Notes: generated by a model not told the origin, from the sequence alone. A stretch of DNA of 64,000 bases from a bacterium (GCA_021813145.1 JAKALS010000005.1:8022-72021), one strand, 5' to 3'. Positions 9,557-19,565 are shown, counted from the first letter of the stretch. Numbers and translations are program-made.

Positions 9557-10603
9557 GTGAAAAAGACGGTAGGCTTGTTCATGCTGATCCTCTCTATTGT
9601 TGTAGTAGTAGAGACCCTCTATATTGCAAATAAGATTTATGTTGTAAAAAATATAGTTGCGGTAAAAACACCTTCCCCGACGCCTCTTATTGCATTCGAT
9701 TTTAATAATCTGAAAAAAACAAAATTTCCAAAGACTCAAATTATTTTTGGAAGGGTCATAAATCAAAATAACGAATATATCTCCCGGGTGTTTTATTATT
9801 CGGTTCCTAAAACTCCGGGAAGTACTGTTCTGGAAAAAGTTTCGGGACTCGCAAATATTCCCCAAAAACCCGGCACTTACCCGGTGATTATAATGTACAG
9901 GGGTTTTGTTCCGGATAATATTTATAAACCCGGAGTCGGTACCCAGCCGGTTGCAAGCGTCCTTGCTCAAAACGGGTATATTACTCTTGCCCCCGATTTT
10001 CTGGGATACGGGGAATCGGATATGCCATCAAAAGATCCTTTTGAAAACAGATTCCAAACGTACACCACCGCGGTAACCCTTCTGTCTTCAATTCCGACTT
10101 TAAACAAAGGATTGGACGCCAGCTATTCGGGACAGATAAAAGCGGATATGGGTAAAATAGGAATTTGGGGACACAGTAACGGAGGGCACATAGCATTGTC
10201 AACGCTCGAAATAACCGGCGTTAAATATCCAACGGTACTTTGGGCACCCGTATCTACATCTTTTCCTTATTCCATTCTCTATTATACCGATGAATCGCAG
10301 GATCAGGGCATGGCGCTTCGTAAAACTCTTGCAGGTTTTGAAGCTACATATAACACCAATTTATTTTCACCTACCAATTATTTAAATTGGATTAAAGCTC
10401 CAATTCTTGTAAACCAGGGAACTGCGGATGAAGAAGTCCCTTATTGGTGGTCTCAAAACCTGGTCTCACAGTTACAAAAAGACGGAGATTCGGCCAATCT
10501 GATAGAATATGACGGAGCGGACCATAATATGCTTCCTGAGGACGAATGGTCCCGGGCGGTAGGGAATACTCTAAATTTCTACAATAAGGCTTTTAATAAA
10601 TAG
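9557..10603 (+). CDS. secreted alpha/beta hydrolase (dienelactone hydrolase / S9 peptidase-like)
   Basis: GIWGHSNGGH nucleophile elbow (GxSxG) with a downstream Asp and His. Start taken at GTG 9557, 6 nt after TGaTATAAT. Confidence 0.65.
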   Translation: MKKTVGLFMLILSIVVVVETLYIANKIYVVKNIVAVKTPSPTPLIAFDFNNLKKTKFPKTQIIFGRVINQNNEYISRVFYYSVPKTPGSTVLEKVSGLANIPQKPGTYPVIIMYRGFVPDNIYKPGVGTQPVASVLAQNGYITLAPDFLGYGESDMPSKDPFENRFQTYTTAVTLLSSIPTLNKGLDASYSGQIKADMGKIGIWGHSNGGHIALSTLEITGVKYPTVLWAPVSTSFPYSILYYTDESQDQGMALRKTLAGFEATYNTNLFSPTNYLNWIKAPILVNQGTADEEVPYWWSQNLVSQLQKDGDSANLIEYDGADHNMLPEDEWSRAVGNTLNFYNKAFNK

Positions 10604-11246
10604 GGGTTAGTTTCCCCGTTTTTGTGTTATCGTCGAATATATATTCGTACCCCTTTTTTATGCGGACTATATTGGTATTGAAATTAGTGTCGTTAAAAGC
10701 AAGAGCAGCCGAACCCGAACTAACCGTAATATCCACCCTGGAGCCCTCCTTGTCTACGGTTATATTTGTTTCTCCGCTTTCTACGTTTATCAAAAGGTCA
10801 AGAGCGACGACGCTTAAGGGGATGTTCCCGTTTTTTTGAAAGCTTGCTGTTCCTTGAATTTCGTTTGCTACAAAATCAGCCGGAAGAGTTTGTATGATGG
10901 ATATCTGCGTATTTGAAGATAGGCTAAAACTTCCGATTTTTGGAAATACCACAAAGGCGCTGCCGTTGTTATTTGTATTAATTTCCTCTCCTTGTTCGAT
11001 TTGCCTTGGAGAATTGATTAAAGTTGCAAAATCCGAAGTCCTTCCCTGCCAGGAAACGCTTCCGGACAGACTTGCCACTTCTCCCTTAAGGGATTCATCC
11101 GGAGGGTTTTTAATAGAAAATAGCGTTTTCGGGAAAAAAGGTTTTAATACCTGACTGTTTTGGGGGGCAATCCAAAAGTAGCCGAGTATTATCATAAGAA
11201 GCCCCAGGCAGAAAAAAATTAAAAATAAAAGGATATTTTTATTCAT
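10593..11246 (-). CDS. hypothetical secreted protein
   Basis: 217-aa ORF with an N-terminal signal anchor. Overlaps the GH18-like gene by 8 nt. Confidence 0.45.
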   Translation of the reverse strand: MNKNILLFLIFFCLGLLMIILGYFWIAPQNSQVLKPFFPKTLFSIKNPPDESLKGEVASLSGSVSWQGRTSDFATLINSPRQIEQGEEINTNNNGSAFVVFPKIGSFSLSSNTQISIIQTLPADFVANEIQGTASFQKNGNIPLSVVALDLLINVESGETNITVDKEGSRVDITVSSGSAALAFNDTNFNTNIVRIKKGYEYIFDDNTKTGKLTPIY

Positions 11247-12390
11247 TTTTATAATTAGTCAAAGGATTTAAAATTAAATCCCCTTCGTACCCCAATGCCC
11301 AAAGAGCCAATCCTTCCAGCTGAAAATTATTCGCCATTGTTATTTTTGCCTGCGTAGAAGCTTTATCGGGGTAAAAAATCGTATGAAAATCACCGCTCGT
11401 AGGGTCAAAATAGACAATGTATTTTTCATCTGCCTCTTTGTCAAGAGTAGCGCTGCAGGAAGAGCACGAAGAAATAAGATTTTCCACCCTTTCGTTACTA
11501 GCAACAACTCCGGTTCCGGGGATAATAGCCGATCGGGGTACTTGTCCTAAAGTTTCCCATTCGTATCCGTAAAGAGGAATTCCCAGAACTAATTTTTCCG
11601 GAGGGATTAAATCGAGAGCTTTTTCAACGGCAGATGTTACATCGTATTCCGAACTTATTCCCGCTCCAGAGACAGGAGCCACAGGGCCCGTCACAAAAGA
11701 ACTTGTGGAATGATAATCGTAGGCCATAAGAACAACGTTATTTGCAATTTTTGAAATTGCATTGGGGTCTATTAAATTATTTTTTATTACGTCGGTAGGA
11801 CTTATCTCCACTGTCAGGGTTACTCCGTTTCCCAATTCTCTTTTGACTTCACCGACAAACTTTGTAAAATTTTGCCTTGAAGACGGGGAAGCCTGAGAAG
11901 TATATTCAATGTCAAGATTAATGTCGGAAAACTTATATTTTGCAATAATAGGTTTAAGATCCATAACAAGGTTTTTTGCGTGCGCACCGGGACTTGCGAT
12001 AAGCTCGTTTATGGAATCCACATCCCCGCTTACTATCATAAGAGATAAATTCTCATTATTTTTGAGCGCTTGCGCAAAAAAATTATCAAGTTTCCCGGAA
12101 TTAAGAGCATTCCATCCGGGTTCTTCCTCCTGAGGGTTTAAAAGTTTTTGAATGTTTCCGTTGCCGTCTACTCTCAGCCCGAAATATGCAAGGGTAGTTA
12201 TATATTTTAAATGATTATTATTCTCCTTGTCTAAAAGCCAGTAGGGTAAAAAACCTATTACCATTTTTTTTGGCGCCAGGGGATTTATTATTGCGTTGTC
12301 TGTTTTGGGAACCAGGAAATTAAGAACTATTAGGATTCCTAAACCAACTCCAAGCAATAAGCCGATTACGGCAACTAAAATTTTCTTCAC
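11239..12390 (-). CDS. secreted GH18-like TIM-barrel glycosidase (chitinase/ENGase superfamily)
   Basis: Signal anchor. DINLDIEY resembles the GH18 DxDxDxE region but is one residue short. C-terminal LEGLALWALGYEGD resembles the GH18 C-terminus. Confidence 0.5.
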   Translation of the reverse strand: MKKILVAVIGLLLGVGLGILIVLNFLVPKTDNAIINPLAPKKMVIGFLPYWLLDKENNNHLKYITTLAYFGLRVDGNGNIQKLLNPQEEEPGWNALNSGKLDNFFAQALKNNENLSLMIVSGDVDSINELIASPGAHAKNLVMDLKPIIAKYKFSDINLDIEYTSQASPSSRQNFTKFVGEVKRELGNGVTLTVEISPTDVIKNNLIDPNAISKIANNVVLMAYDYHSTSSFVTGPVAPVSGAGISSEYDVTSAVEKALDLIPPEKLVLGIPLYGYEWETLGQVPRSAIIPGTGVVASNERVENLISSCSSCSATLDKEADEKYIVYFDPTSGDFHTIFYPDKASTQAKITMANNFQLEGLALWALGYEGDLILNPLTNYKNE

Positions 12391-12410
12391 AATTTATTTT
12401 ACCATTAAAA

Positions 12411-12818
12411 TTATAGAAGATTTGCTATCGTGCCTCTGAGGCTCTGAACGCTGTAGTATGTGGCAAAGAAAAAAATTAAAGCAAGAGCTTCGTTGGTTAA
12501 AAATAAAAAATCGAATAAAGAGTCCCCGGAAAGATAAATCTGTACGGCCGAATACTGAAAAATAATAAAACCGCCCATAGAAAGAAGGGTATCTAAAAAG
12601 TCTACATATCTGTCTTTAGGACTAGTCATTCCCGCAAATATCGCAATGCCCAGGATTATAAGAATAGATAAAGAAAGCGGAATAGGAAGCTCTTTATGGA
12701 CGAAAGGAAGATCCAAAATCATTATTATACCTGCTACTATAAATAATTTTCTGACATTGTCCTCTGTAGCCGGAAGCAATTTTTTCCCGTAGTTAAAAAT
12801 ATCTACATGGTTTGCCAT
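12411..12818 (-). CDS. hypothetical membrane protein
   Basis: 135-aa ORF with 3-4 TM helices. Confidence 0.45.
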   Translation of the reverse strand: MANHVDIFNYGKKLLPATEDNVRKLFIVAGIIMILDLPFVHKELPIPLSLSILIILGIAIFAGMTSPKDRYVDFLDTLLSMGGFIIFQYSAVQIYLSGDSLFDFLFLTNEALALIFFFATYYSVQSLRGTIANLL

Positions 12819-12853
12819 TGGCTTAAGTATAGTCTTAAATAATTAATTGTCAA

Positions 12854-12940
12854 TTAATTGTGTAAGGTTCCTCTTCTTGGGCCTCTTTTTCTTTTTGCAA
12901 ATTGGCCTTTGCCGAGAGTTTTTCTTTTTGATTTAGCCAT
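12854..12940 (-). CDS. candidate 28-aa highly basic small protein (MAKSKRKTLGKGQFAKRKRGPRRGTLHN)
   Basis: Not in the ORF track because it is under 60 aa. A strong Shine-Dalgarno GGAGGT sits 5 nt upstream of the ATG. Confidence 0.3.
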   Translation of the reverse strand: MAKSKRKTLGKGQFAKRKRGPRRGTLHN

Positions 12941-13005
12941 TGTTACCTCCTTATTACATTCTATCATGTAAAAGCATCCTTTTATAAGGGGTGTATAATT
13001 TAGAC

Positions 13006-13491
13006 ATGGAAGATGAAGAGTTGAGACGGCAGCTTATAAGCCTTTTAAAAGGCGGGAATGCGCACATGACTTTTGACGAAGCTGTTTCAGATTTCCCTGA
13101 AGATAAAATAAATACCATTTTTACAAATGGGGATTATTCTTTCTGGCATTTGCTTGAACATATAAGAAGAACTCAAAATGATATTTTGGAGTTTATACAA
13201 AACCCCAAGTACGAGGAAAAAGAATGGCCAAAAGATTACTGGCCCGAAAAGTCCCGGAAAGCGACCAAAAAAGACTGGGAAAAAACAATAGAGTTTTTCC
13301 ATAGGGACCGGGAAGAATTGGCGAAGATAATAAATGATAAAAAGACGGATTTATTCAAAAAAATTCCCTGGGGAGACGGACAGAATATTGTCCGCGAAAT
13401 ACAAACCGTTTCTGACCATAATTCTTATCACATAGGGGAATTTGCAATCATGAGGCAGGTTCTAAAAACCTGGGGCAAGGGTCATAACTAG
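13006..13491 (+). CDS. DinB/YfiT-like (DinB_2) family protein
   Basis: FWHLLEHIRRT and a HNSYHIGE His-rich four-helix pattern. TATAAT at 12994-12999, 6 nt, then ATG 13006 (leaderless). Confidence 0.55.
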   Translation: MEDEELRRQLISLLKGGNAHMTFDEAVSDFPEDKINTIFTNGDYSFWHLLEHIRRTQNDILEFIQNPKYEEKEWPKDYWPEKSRKATKKDWEKTIEFFHRDREELAKIINDKKTDLFKKIPWGDGQNIVREIQTVSDHNSYHIGEFAIMRQVLKTWGKGHN

Positions 13492-15450
13492 CTAAAGCGA
13501 TTTATATTTTATAAGTTCCTGCAATAGTTTTTCCATATTAATTTTAGCTGCTCCCGTAACGGAATCGCCGGCACCGTAATATACAAAAAGATCGTTATTC
13601 AGGATTACTGCTCCGCATACAAAAACAACATTTGCAACCTGGCCGCTTTTTTCGTATTCCATTTCCGGAGAAAGAAGTGGATAATCAAGTCTTGAAATTA
13701 CTTTGGATGGATCATTCCTGTCCAAAAGGGCGGCCCCTATTTTGTAATAGCGCCCGTTTGAAATACCGTGGTAAATAAGCAGCCAACCCTCTTCTGTTTC
13801 AATCGGCGTAGCGCCTATTCCTATTTTACCGTTATCCCATTTATCAATTCTGGGACCCATAAGGATTTGCCCCAAAAGATATCCGTTTTCAAAATTTAAG
13901 TTATCAACATAATCTATCTCTATTTTTTCGTTAAGTCTGTGGAATACGACATATTTATTGTTTATTTTTTTGGGTAAAATACATGAGTCTTTGTCATCGA
14001 TCCCGGGCGGGGAAATGAGTTTTGGCGTTTCAAAATTCCAATTTTTATTCAAAAAATCCGATACTTTTATGGAAGTTAAAGCAACCCTCGGGGGATTTTC
14101 TCCGTCGTAAGCGGTATAACAGATATAGTATTTATCGTCTATTTTTGTAATCCTCGGATCTTCGCAGCCCGAATTGCCCGGTTTCTTCTTTTTTTCAAAT
14201 TCTTCTCTCGGTGTATAGATAGGCTCTGCAAGCCTTTGGTCTATCCTGAATCCGTCAATGCTTTCGGCGTATCCAAAAACGGATGTATTGTCGTCGGACA
14301 TAGCCCTGTAGATTATATGAACTTTTCCGTTTTCAAAAATTGCCGCCGGGTTATACGTAGCCCTTGATTCCCACGGATGATTTTTTAAGGGGGAAATTAT
14401 GGGATTTTCGGAATATCTTTCAAGCTTTATATTTTTTTCCTCATCCGGTTTTGTTATGGAGAATTCCTTTGAAAATTCAAGAAAATCATACTTTGCAAGG
14501 CAACAGGTTGTATCGGCCGCTCCGTAATAGACAAAAAGCTCGTTATCTGCAATGAGCGTACCCGAAGGAAAGACTATATTTGGGACATTCCCGTAGAGCT
14601 CATAACTTTTTTCCGGGGTTAAAAGTGGATCAGTTGTCCTCCAGATTATTTCGGAAGGATTTTCGGTGTCCATTAAAAGGGCCTCTATTCCGAAAATCTT
14701 TGAGCTAGAAAAATAATTTCTTATGTAAGAATATATTAAAAGCCATCCTTCTTTTGTTTTCACCGGAGGAGCGCCGACTTCTATTTGATCCCTTGAGTCT
14801 CTTTGCAGGGAAAGGGTGTGGTCGTTTAGGTAAGAATACCATTTATTCCAATATTCCTCTGACCAAATTTCTTCCAGGCTATCAAAGTACGCGATACAAA
14901 TTTTTGCCGGGGGCCTGTCGGTATTAACGGTAAGTATAGCCGCGTATTTTCCGTTAATCTTTTCCGGAAAAAGAGACATCGCTTTTGCGTTAAAAGGAGT
15001 CACCAGATGTTTTTCTTCTATTTTTTTAAAATCGCTTGTGATAGCCAGACCCACTTTAATTCCCGATGCCTGAAAAGGATAAGAAGACAGGGCTGTGTAG
15101 AAAATAAAATATTTCCCTTCAATTTTTGTAACCCTGGGGTCCTCGCATCCGAAGATTTCCCATTTTTCCTCGGGTTTTATAAGTTGCATATGATCTGAAA
15201 AATGAATACCGTCATAACTTTTGGCATATCCGATTGAAGATAACTGCATCTTGTTGCCTTTATAATTTATCGTGTTCGTTTGAGCTCTGTAAACCATATG
15301 AAAATCATTATCTTTTATGCAGCAACCGTTGAATGCGGATTTTTCTTCCCATGGATTATTGATATTAGGAGTTAATATGGGATTTTCGGGTATTCTTTGA
15401 AGGTTAATCATTGTGTTTATATACAGGGACCGTTTTAAAGTTTTTTTCAA
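13492..15450 (-). CDS. tandem double GH130 (DUF377) glycosidase/phosphorylase
   Basis: Two complete GH130-like halves, each with NPIL(T/S)P...YRA...GCEDPR(V/I)TKI...KEGWLLIYH...VYYGAAD. Alternative start at MINLQ (15414). Confidence 0.8.
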   Translation of the reverse strand: MKKTLKRSLYINTMINLQRIPENPILTPNINNPWEEKSAFNGCCIKDNDFHMVYRAQTNTINYKGNKMQLSSIGYAKSYDGIHFSDHMQLIKPEEKWEIFGCEDPRVTKIEGKYFIFYTALSSYPFQASGIKVGLAITSDFKKIEEKHLVTPFNAKAMSLFPEKINGKYAAILTVNTDRPPAKICIAYFDSLEEIWSEEYWNKWYSYLNDHTLSLQRDSRDQIEVGAPPVKTKEGWLLIYSYIRNYFSSSKIFGIEALLMDTENPSEIIWRTTDPLLTPEKSYELYGNVPNIVFPSGTLIADNELFVYYGAADTTCCLAKYDFLEFSKEFSITKPDEEKNIKLERYSENPIISPLKNHPWESRATYNPAAIFENGKVHIIYRAMSDDNTSVFGYAESIDGFRIDQRLAEPIYTPREEFEKKKKPGNSGCEDPRITKIDDKYYICYTAYDGENPPRVALTSIKVSDFLNKNWNFETPKLISPPGIDDKDSCILPKKINNKYVVFHRLNEKIEIDYVDNLNFENGYLLGQILMGPRIDKWDNGKIGIGATPIETEEGWLLIYHGISNGRYYKIGAALLDRNDPSKVISRLDYPLLSPEMEYEKSGQVANVVFVCGAVILNNDLFVYYGAGDSVTGAAKINMEKLLQELIKYKSL

Positions 15451-17251
15451 GTTCCAAATAGCCGGATTTTTTCAATCCTGTCAAAAGTTCGTCTAAATCC
15501 TTTGAAGCGACGCATAGAAATTTATCCGCCCCTCCGTAATAAACATATAAAATATCCTTAATGAGAGCCGCACCGCAGGGATAAGCCACCCCTGCCTTAT
15601 AACCTTCGTTTTCGTATTTATCGGTAGGCTCGAGTATGGGCCTTTTCGTCCTGTAAAGGACTTTTGTCGGATCATTAAGGTCCAAAAGCATCGCGCCTAT
15701 TTTGTATTTTGAATCGTCTTTGTCATCAACAGCATGGTATATTAAAAGCCATCCTTCTTTAGTCTTAATGGGAGGCGGTCCTGCCCCGACTTTTCTGCTG
15801 TCCCAACCGTCTGTAGTAGGTTCAATTTTATATTCGCCTTTTAAGTATGAACCTTTTTTAAAGTCCAAATCCTCCACGAAATCAATCAGGATATTGGGGA
15901 AAATTCTGTGGAGGAAAGTATATTTTCCGTTAATTTTCTCCGGAAATAAAACGGCATTTTTATCTACCACGCCGGGTTTTGAAATAATTTTGGGTTTTTT
16001 CCATTTCCAATTTTTATTGAGAAAATCTTTTCTTTTTATGGAGGTTAATGCAACTCGCGGCGGGTCAAATCCGTTAAAAGCGACATAAGTCATATAAATA
16101 GTATCATCTATTCTTGTAAGTCTCGGGTCTTCGCAGCCCCCGTATCCTCCGCCGGACATATAATTTGCAACAGCTTCCATGCCGTTTGAGTATTCGAACG
16201 GTTCGCTTGGGAGATATGCAGGCTGATCGAGCCTTTCATCTATATTTAAACCGTCCTTACTTGATGCATAACCAAGTACGGAAATATTATTGTCTCCCAT
16301 AGCTCTATAAAGAAAATGCACCTTTCCGTTGTCGTTTAAGGCGGCAGAATTGAATGTCGCCTGTGATTCCCAAAAATGTTCCATAACGGGTTTTATGATA
16401 GGATTTTTAAAATGTTTTTTTAATAGCGGGTGCTTAACAGACGCCTTATTGAGAAGCTCTTTGATAAAATTTTTAAAATGAACGGTGTATACGAATTTTT
16501 GCTCCGAAGAAAAATATAAGAAAAGATCATTTTTTAATATCGCCGCCCCCAGGGGATATATTTTTTTATCCTTAAGTTCTTTTTTGGGCTCCCATACCGG
16601 CTCTTCATTTCTCCAAATAAGTTTTTCCGGATATTTTTTGTCAAACAGCGCCGCTCCTATCAGGTATCTCCCCCCGCTTCTATCGGGAACATTAACGGAA
16701 TAAAAAACTAAAATACCCTGCTTTTCGTTAAATACGCTCAAAATCTTAAGCGGAAAGCTGTCAAAAGAACGGACTTTCGGCTTTAAAACCTCCCGTGTAT
16801 TTTGAAAATTCTTTAAATCCTTCGAGAAAGATACTTTTATTGTTTCCTCTCCCAGGTAAAATACATACATATTTTTATGTTTAAATTGAGGAGCCATCAT
16901 TGCCGTTTCCGTCAGGGGTAATTTTGAAGCTTTATTCCACAAAACAAGATCTTTGGATACCGCTATAAAAACATCTTTTTTCCCGTTGTGGTTCTTGATA
17001 TATGTAAGAAAATATTCTTCTTTGTTTTTTGATATTCTAAAATCGTTTAATCTTGAACTTTCTTCTTTTTTCCCTTTCGCGGTTATTATTGAAGGATTAT
17101 TTGGGTATAGCTTGAACTTAATACCGTTTCGGCTTTGGGCCAGCCTTAAAGTTTCTTTGGAGTAACCGTATAAATTGAGATAGATAAAGATATTTTTTTT
17201 ATCCTGAAGTATCCCTAAATCACGGTTGTCTAAAGGAATACTGTTATTCAT
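15404..17251 (-). CDS. GH130 (DUF377) protein with a divergent N-terminal GH130-like domain
   Basis: C-terminal half is canonical (KNPIIKP...YRAMGD...GCEDPRLTRI...KEGWLLIYHAV...YVYYGGAD). N-terminal half is degenerate (RYLIGAALFDKKYPEKLIW). Confidence 0.8.
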   Translation of the reverse strand: MNNSIPLDNRDLGILQDKKNIFIYLNLYGYSKETLRLAQSRNGIKFKLYPNNPSIITAKGKKEESSRLNDFRISKNKEEYFLTYIKNHNGKKDVFIAVSKDLVLWNKASKLPLTETAMMAPQFKHKNMYVFYLGEETIKVSFSKDLKNFQNTREVLKPKVRSFDSFPLKILSVFNEKQGILVFYSVNVPDRSGGRYLIGAALFDKKYPEKLIWRNEEPVWEPKKELKDKKIYPLGAAILKNDLFLYFSSEQKFVYTVHFKNFIKELLNKASVKHPLLKKHFKNPIIKPVMEHFWESQATFNSAALNDNGKVHFLYRAMGDNNISVLGYASSKDGLNIDERLDQPAYLPSEPFEYSNGMEAVANYMSGGGYGGCEDPRLTRIDDTIYMTYVAFNGFDPPRVALTSIKRKDFLNKNWKWKKPKIISKPGVVDKNAVLFPEKINGKYTFLHRIFPNILIDFVEDLDFKKGSYLKGEYKIEPTTDGWDSRKVGAGPPPIKTKEGWLLIYHAVDDKDDSKYKIGAMLLDLNDPTKVLYRTKRPILEPTDKYENEGYKAGVAYPCGAALIKDILYVYYGGADKFLCVASKDLDELLTGLKKSGYLELEKNFKTVPVYKHND

Positions 17252-17400
17252 AAAGGCAGTTTTAGGTATCCTGAATTTGCGGGTACTATAATTATACTAA
17301 TGCAACTACATATTTGAGTCAAGAATTTTACCTCTTTCTTACAAGATTTTTCCCCTCTTTAAATATTCTGTTTTTATACTCGCTGTTAAGAAGGTGTAGT

Positions 17401-17694
17401 ATGGAAAGCGGTAAAAAGAAAATAGGCACAAAAAATGTCGTCGCTGCGGTAGCGGGAGCTTTGGTGGGAGCGGGTATCGGAGCAGCCACCACAAAAACAC
17501 TTTCCGATAAAAAGACAAGGAAAAGAGTATCGGTGATACTGGACGGATTAAAAAATCAGATAATTGATTCTTTGGATTTGGCTAAGGAGAAGGCCGAAGA
17601 CAAAACGGATGGTACAAAAGAAAAATTTGATGAAAAAAAAGAATCCGTTAAAAAAACATTGAACTCCAAGGCGGAAGACAAAACTAGGTCTTAA
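17401..17694 (+). CDS. YtxH-like small protein (Gly-zipper TM helix plus Lys/Glu-rich coiled coil)
   Basis: VVAAVAGALVGAGIGAATT followed by a charged helical tail. SD GAAGGTG lies upstream of ATG 17401. Confidence 0.4.
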   Translation: MESGKKKIGTKNVVAAVAGALVGAGIGAATTKTLSDKKTRKRVSVILDGLKNQIIDSLDLAKEKAEDKTDGTKEKFDEKKESVKKTLNSKAEDKTRS

Positions 17695-18844
17695 ATTTTG
17701 TAAAAAAGACAAGTAAAATAATAGCCGTAAAAGAAATTAATGAGCCAAAGAAAAAGGGAGCGGAGGGATTTATCCTGTCCCATAAAAAGCCTGCTGCAAA
17801 GCTTGCGGGTAGGGTCATGAGCCCTACGGAAGCATTATATATTCCATAACCTCTTCCTCTGTTGTTCTGGGGTACCAAATCTGCAATAAACGCTTTTGCG
17901 ACTCCTTCTGTTGTGGCGTAGTAAATTCCGTAAAAAGCGAAAAGAAACCAAATTTCTAAAGAGTTATTTGCGAGTCCGAAACCCAAATAAGAAAGCCCAT
18001 AACAGAGCCAACCCAGTATTATTACTTTCTCTCTCCCTATTTTATCCGAAAGGCTTCCCAAGGGAATTGAAAAAGATGCATAAACAAAATTAAAAAGAGC
18101 AAAAACAAGAGGGATTGCAAGAAGAGTAACCCCTACGTTCTGAGCTCTTAAAATGAGAAATGTATCGGAAGAGTTCCCCAAAGAAAAGAGAAGAACAATA
18201 AAAAGGAACATATAATATTTTAGGGAAAGGCCTTTCGTTGTATTTTGCCCTACGTCTTTTGTTATCGGCACTTCTTTTACAAAAAAACTTAAAATGGTCA
18301 AAGTAAAAATAAGGGGGATTGCCGTTATAAAGAAAATATAATGATATTTAAGAGAATTGTTGGATAAAAAATAAAGGAGTACAAAAAGCAAAATAGGTCC
18401 CGCAACGGAGCCGAAGGTGTCCAAAGCCCTTACTATGCCAAATCCTCTGCCCCTTTTTTCGCTTTCGGTCGAGCCCGCTATTAATGCATCTTTTGGCGTA
18501 TCCTTAATTCCTTTTCCTACTCCGTCTAAAAATCTCAAAAATATTACCCCAAAGTAGGAAGTGAATACCGCAAGCAGCGGTCTTGAAACCATTGACAGAA
18601 AGTATCCCAAAAAAACGACGGACTTATTTTTTCCGAATTTGTCTATTATGAATCCCGCTGCAAGTTTAAAAATACTGGCGCTACTTGTCACGAGGCCTTC
18701 GGCAAGGCCAATAAATTCTTTGTCGAATTTTAAAACATTTGCCAGATAAAGGGGAAGTATGGGAATAAAAATATCCTGGCTTATGCCGCCGAAAAAACTT
18801 AAGAGGCCTACGAAAAACACATTTTCCGGGAGTTTTTTCTTCAT
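17684..18844 (-). CDS. MFS transporter
   Basis: 12-TM profile with the MFS loop motif (GKxxDKxGR-like: SDKIGREK). Start chosen at MKKKLPEN (18844), preceded by TATAAT and 6 nt (leaderless). Confidence 0.75.
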   Translation of the reverse strand: MKKKLPENVFFVGLLSFFGGISQDIFIPILPLYLANVLKFDKEFIGLAEGLVTSSASIFKLAAGFIIDKFGKNKSVVFLGYFLSMVSRPLLAVFTSYFGVIFLRFLDGVGKGIKDTPKDALIAGSTESEKRGRGFGIVRALDTFGSVAGPILLFVLLYFLSNNSLKYHYIFFITAIPLIFTLTILSFFVKEVPITKDVGQNTTKGLSLKYYMFLFIVLLFSLGNSSDTFLILRAQNVGVTLLAIPLVFALFNFVYASFSIPLGSLSDKIGREKVIILGWLCYGLSYLGFGLANNSLEIWFLFAFYGIYYATTEGVAKAFIADLVPQNNRGRGYGIYNASVGLMTLPASFAAGFLWDRINPSAPFFFGSLISFTAIILLVFFTKFKT

Positions 18845-18860
18845 GAGCCAATTATACTCT

Positions 18861-19565
18861 TTAGAGGATTTCTTTTTCCGCCATGAGTTGGAAAGATTCG
18901 TATTTGAACTGGTTTTTGTCAATTCTTTTTAAAAATCTTTCCCAGTCTTTATTCTGGGTTTTATGTTCCTTTAAAGCCTTTATTTTCTTATCCATTGTTT
19001 TTTCTATATCTACAAAAGTCGTTATGTTTTTATCCGCGGTTCCCCTCACTTTACCGAAAGCGTTGTAATCCAACCCCTGTTTCTCGAATCTTTTTACAGA
19101 GGTTCTTGGCATTGCGGTGTGATATAGCCGGGTATGTTTTTTAACAGTGTCTTTATATTTTAAATAAACGTTTGTAGCAGCCCTTCCGATTGCTTTGTGG
19201 TCGGGATGATTGGAGCCTCCGGTTTTATCGAAGGTTATTACCACATCCGGTTTTTCCTTTTTGAATATCCCGAATATTTTATTTTCCAACTCTTTATTTC
19301 TTGCATACCTTAATTTTCCGTCAATGTACCCCAAAAAAAAGATTTCCGATATTCCTAAAATTTTTGCAGCGCGTCTCAACTCCTGTTCCCTTACGCCTGG
19401 TAATTTATCCACAGTCGTAATCGGCGGTGTTCCGGGAAGTCCTGCTTCACCTCTGGTTGCTGTTATGAGTTTTACGGTATGTTTTTCCGAGGTTAATTTT
19501 GCTATTGTCCCGCCGCTGGAAAAAGTTTCGTCGTCCGGATGTGCAAAAACCAATAAAAGTTTCAT
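18861..19565 (-). CDS. PIG-L/LmbE family N-acetylglucosaminyl deacetylase
   Basis: KLLLVFAHPDDETFSSGG gives the AHPDDE motif of the PIG-L family. Confidence 0.8.
   Translation of the reverse strand: MKLLLVFAHPDDETFSSGGTIAKLTSEKHTVKLITATRGEAGLPGTPPITTVDKLPGVREQELRRAAKILGISEIFFLGYIDGKLRYARNKELENKIFGIFKKEKPDVVITFDKTGGSNHPDHKAIGRAATNVYLKYKDTVKKHTRLYHTAMPRTSVKRFEKQGLDYNAFGKVRGTADKNITTFVDIEKTMDKKIKALKEHKTQNKDWERFLKRIDKNQFKYESFQLMAEKEIL

Noticed and set aside
9338-9970. 210-aa minus-strand ORF spanning the DUF2233 to hydrolase junction
   Set aside because: It overlaps two well-supported plus-strand genes, and its translation is low-complexity and Cys/Arg-rich.
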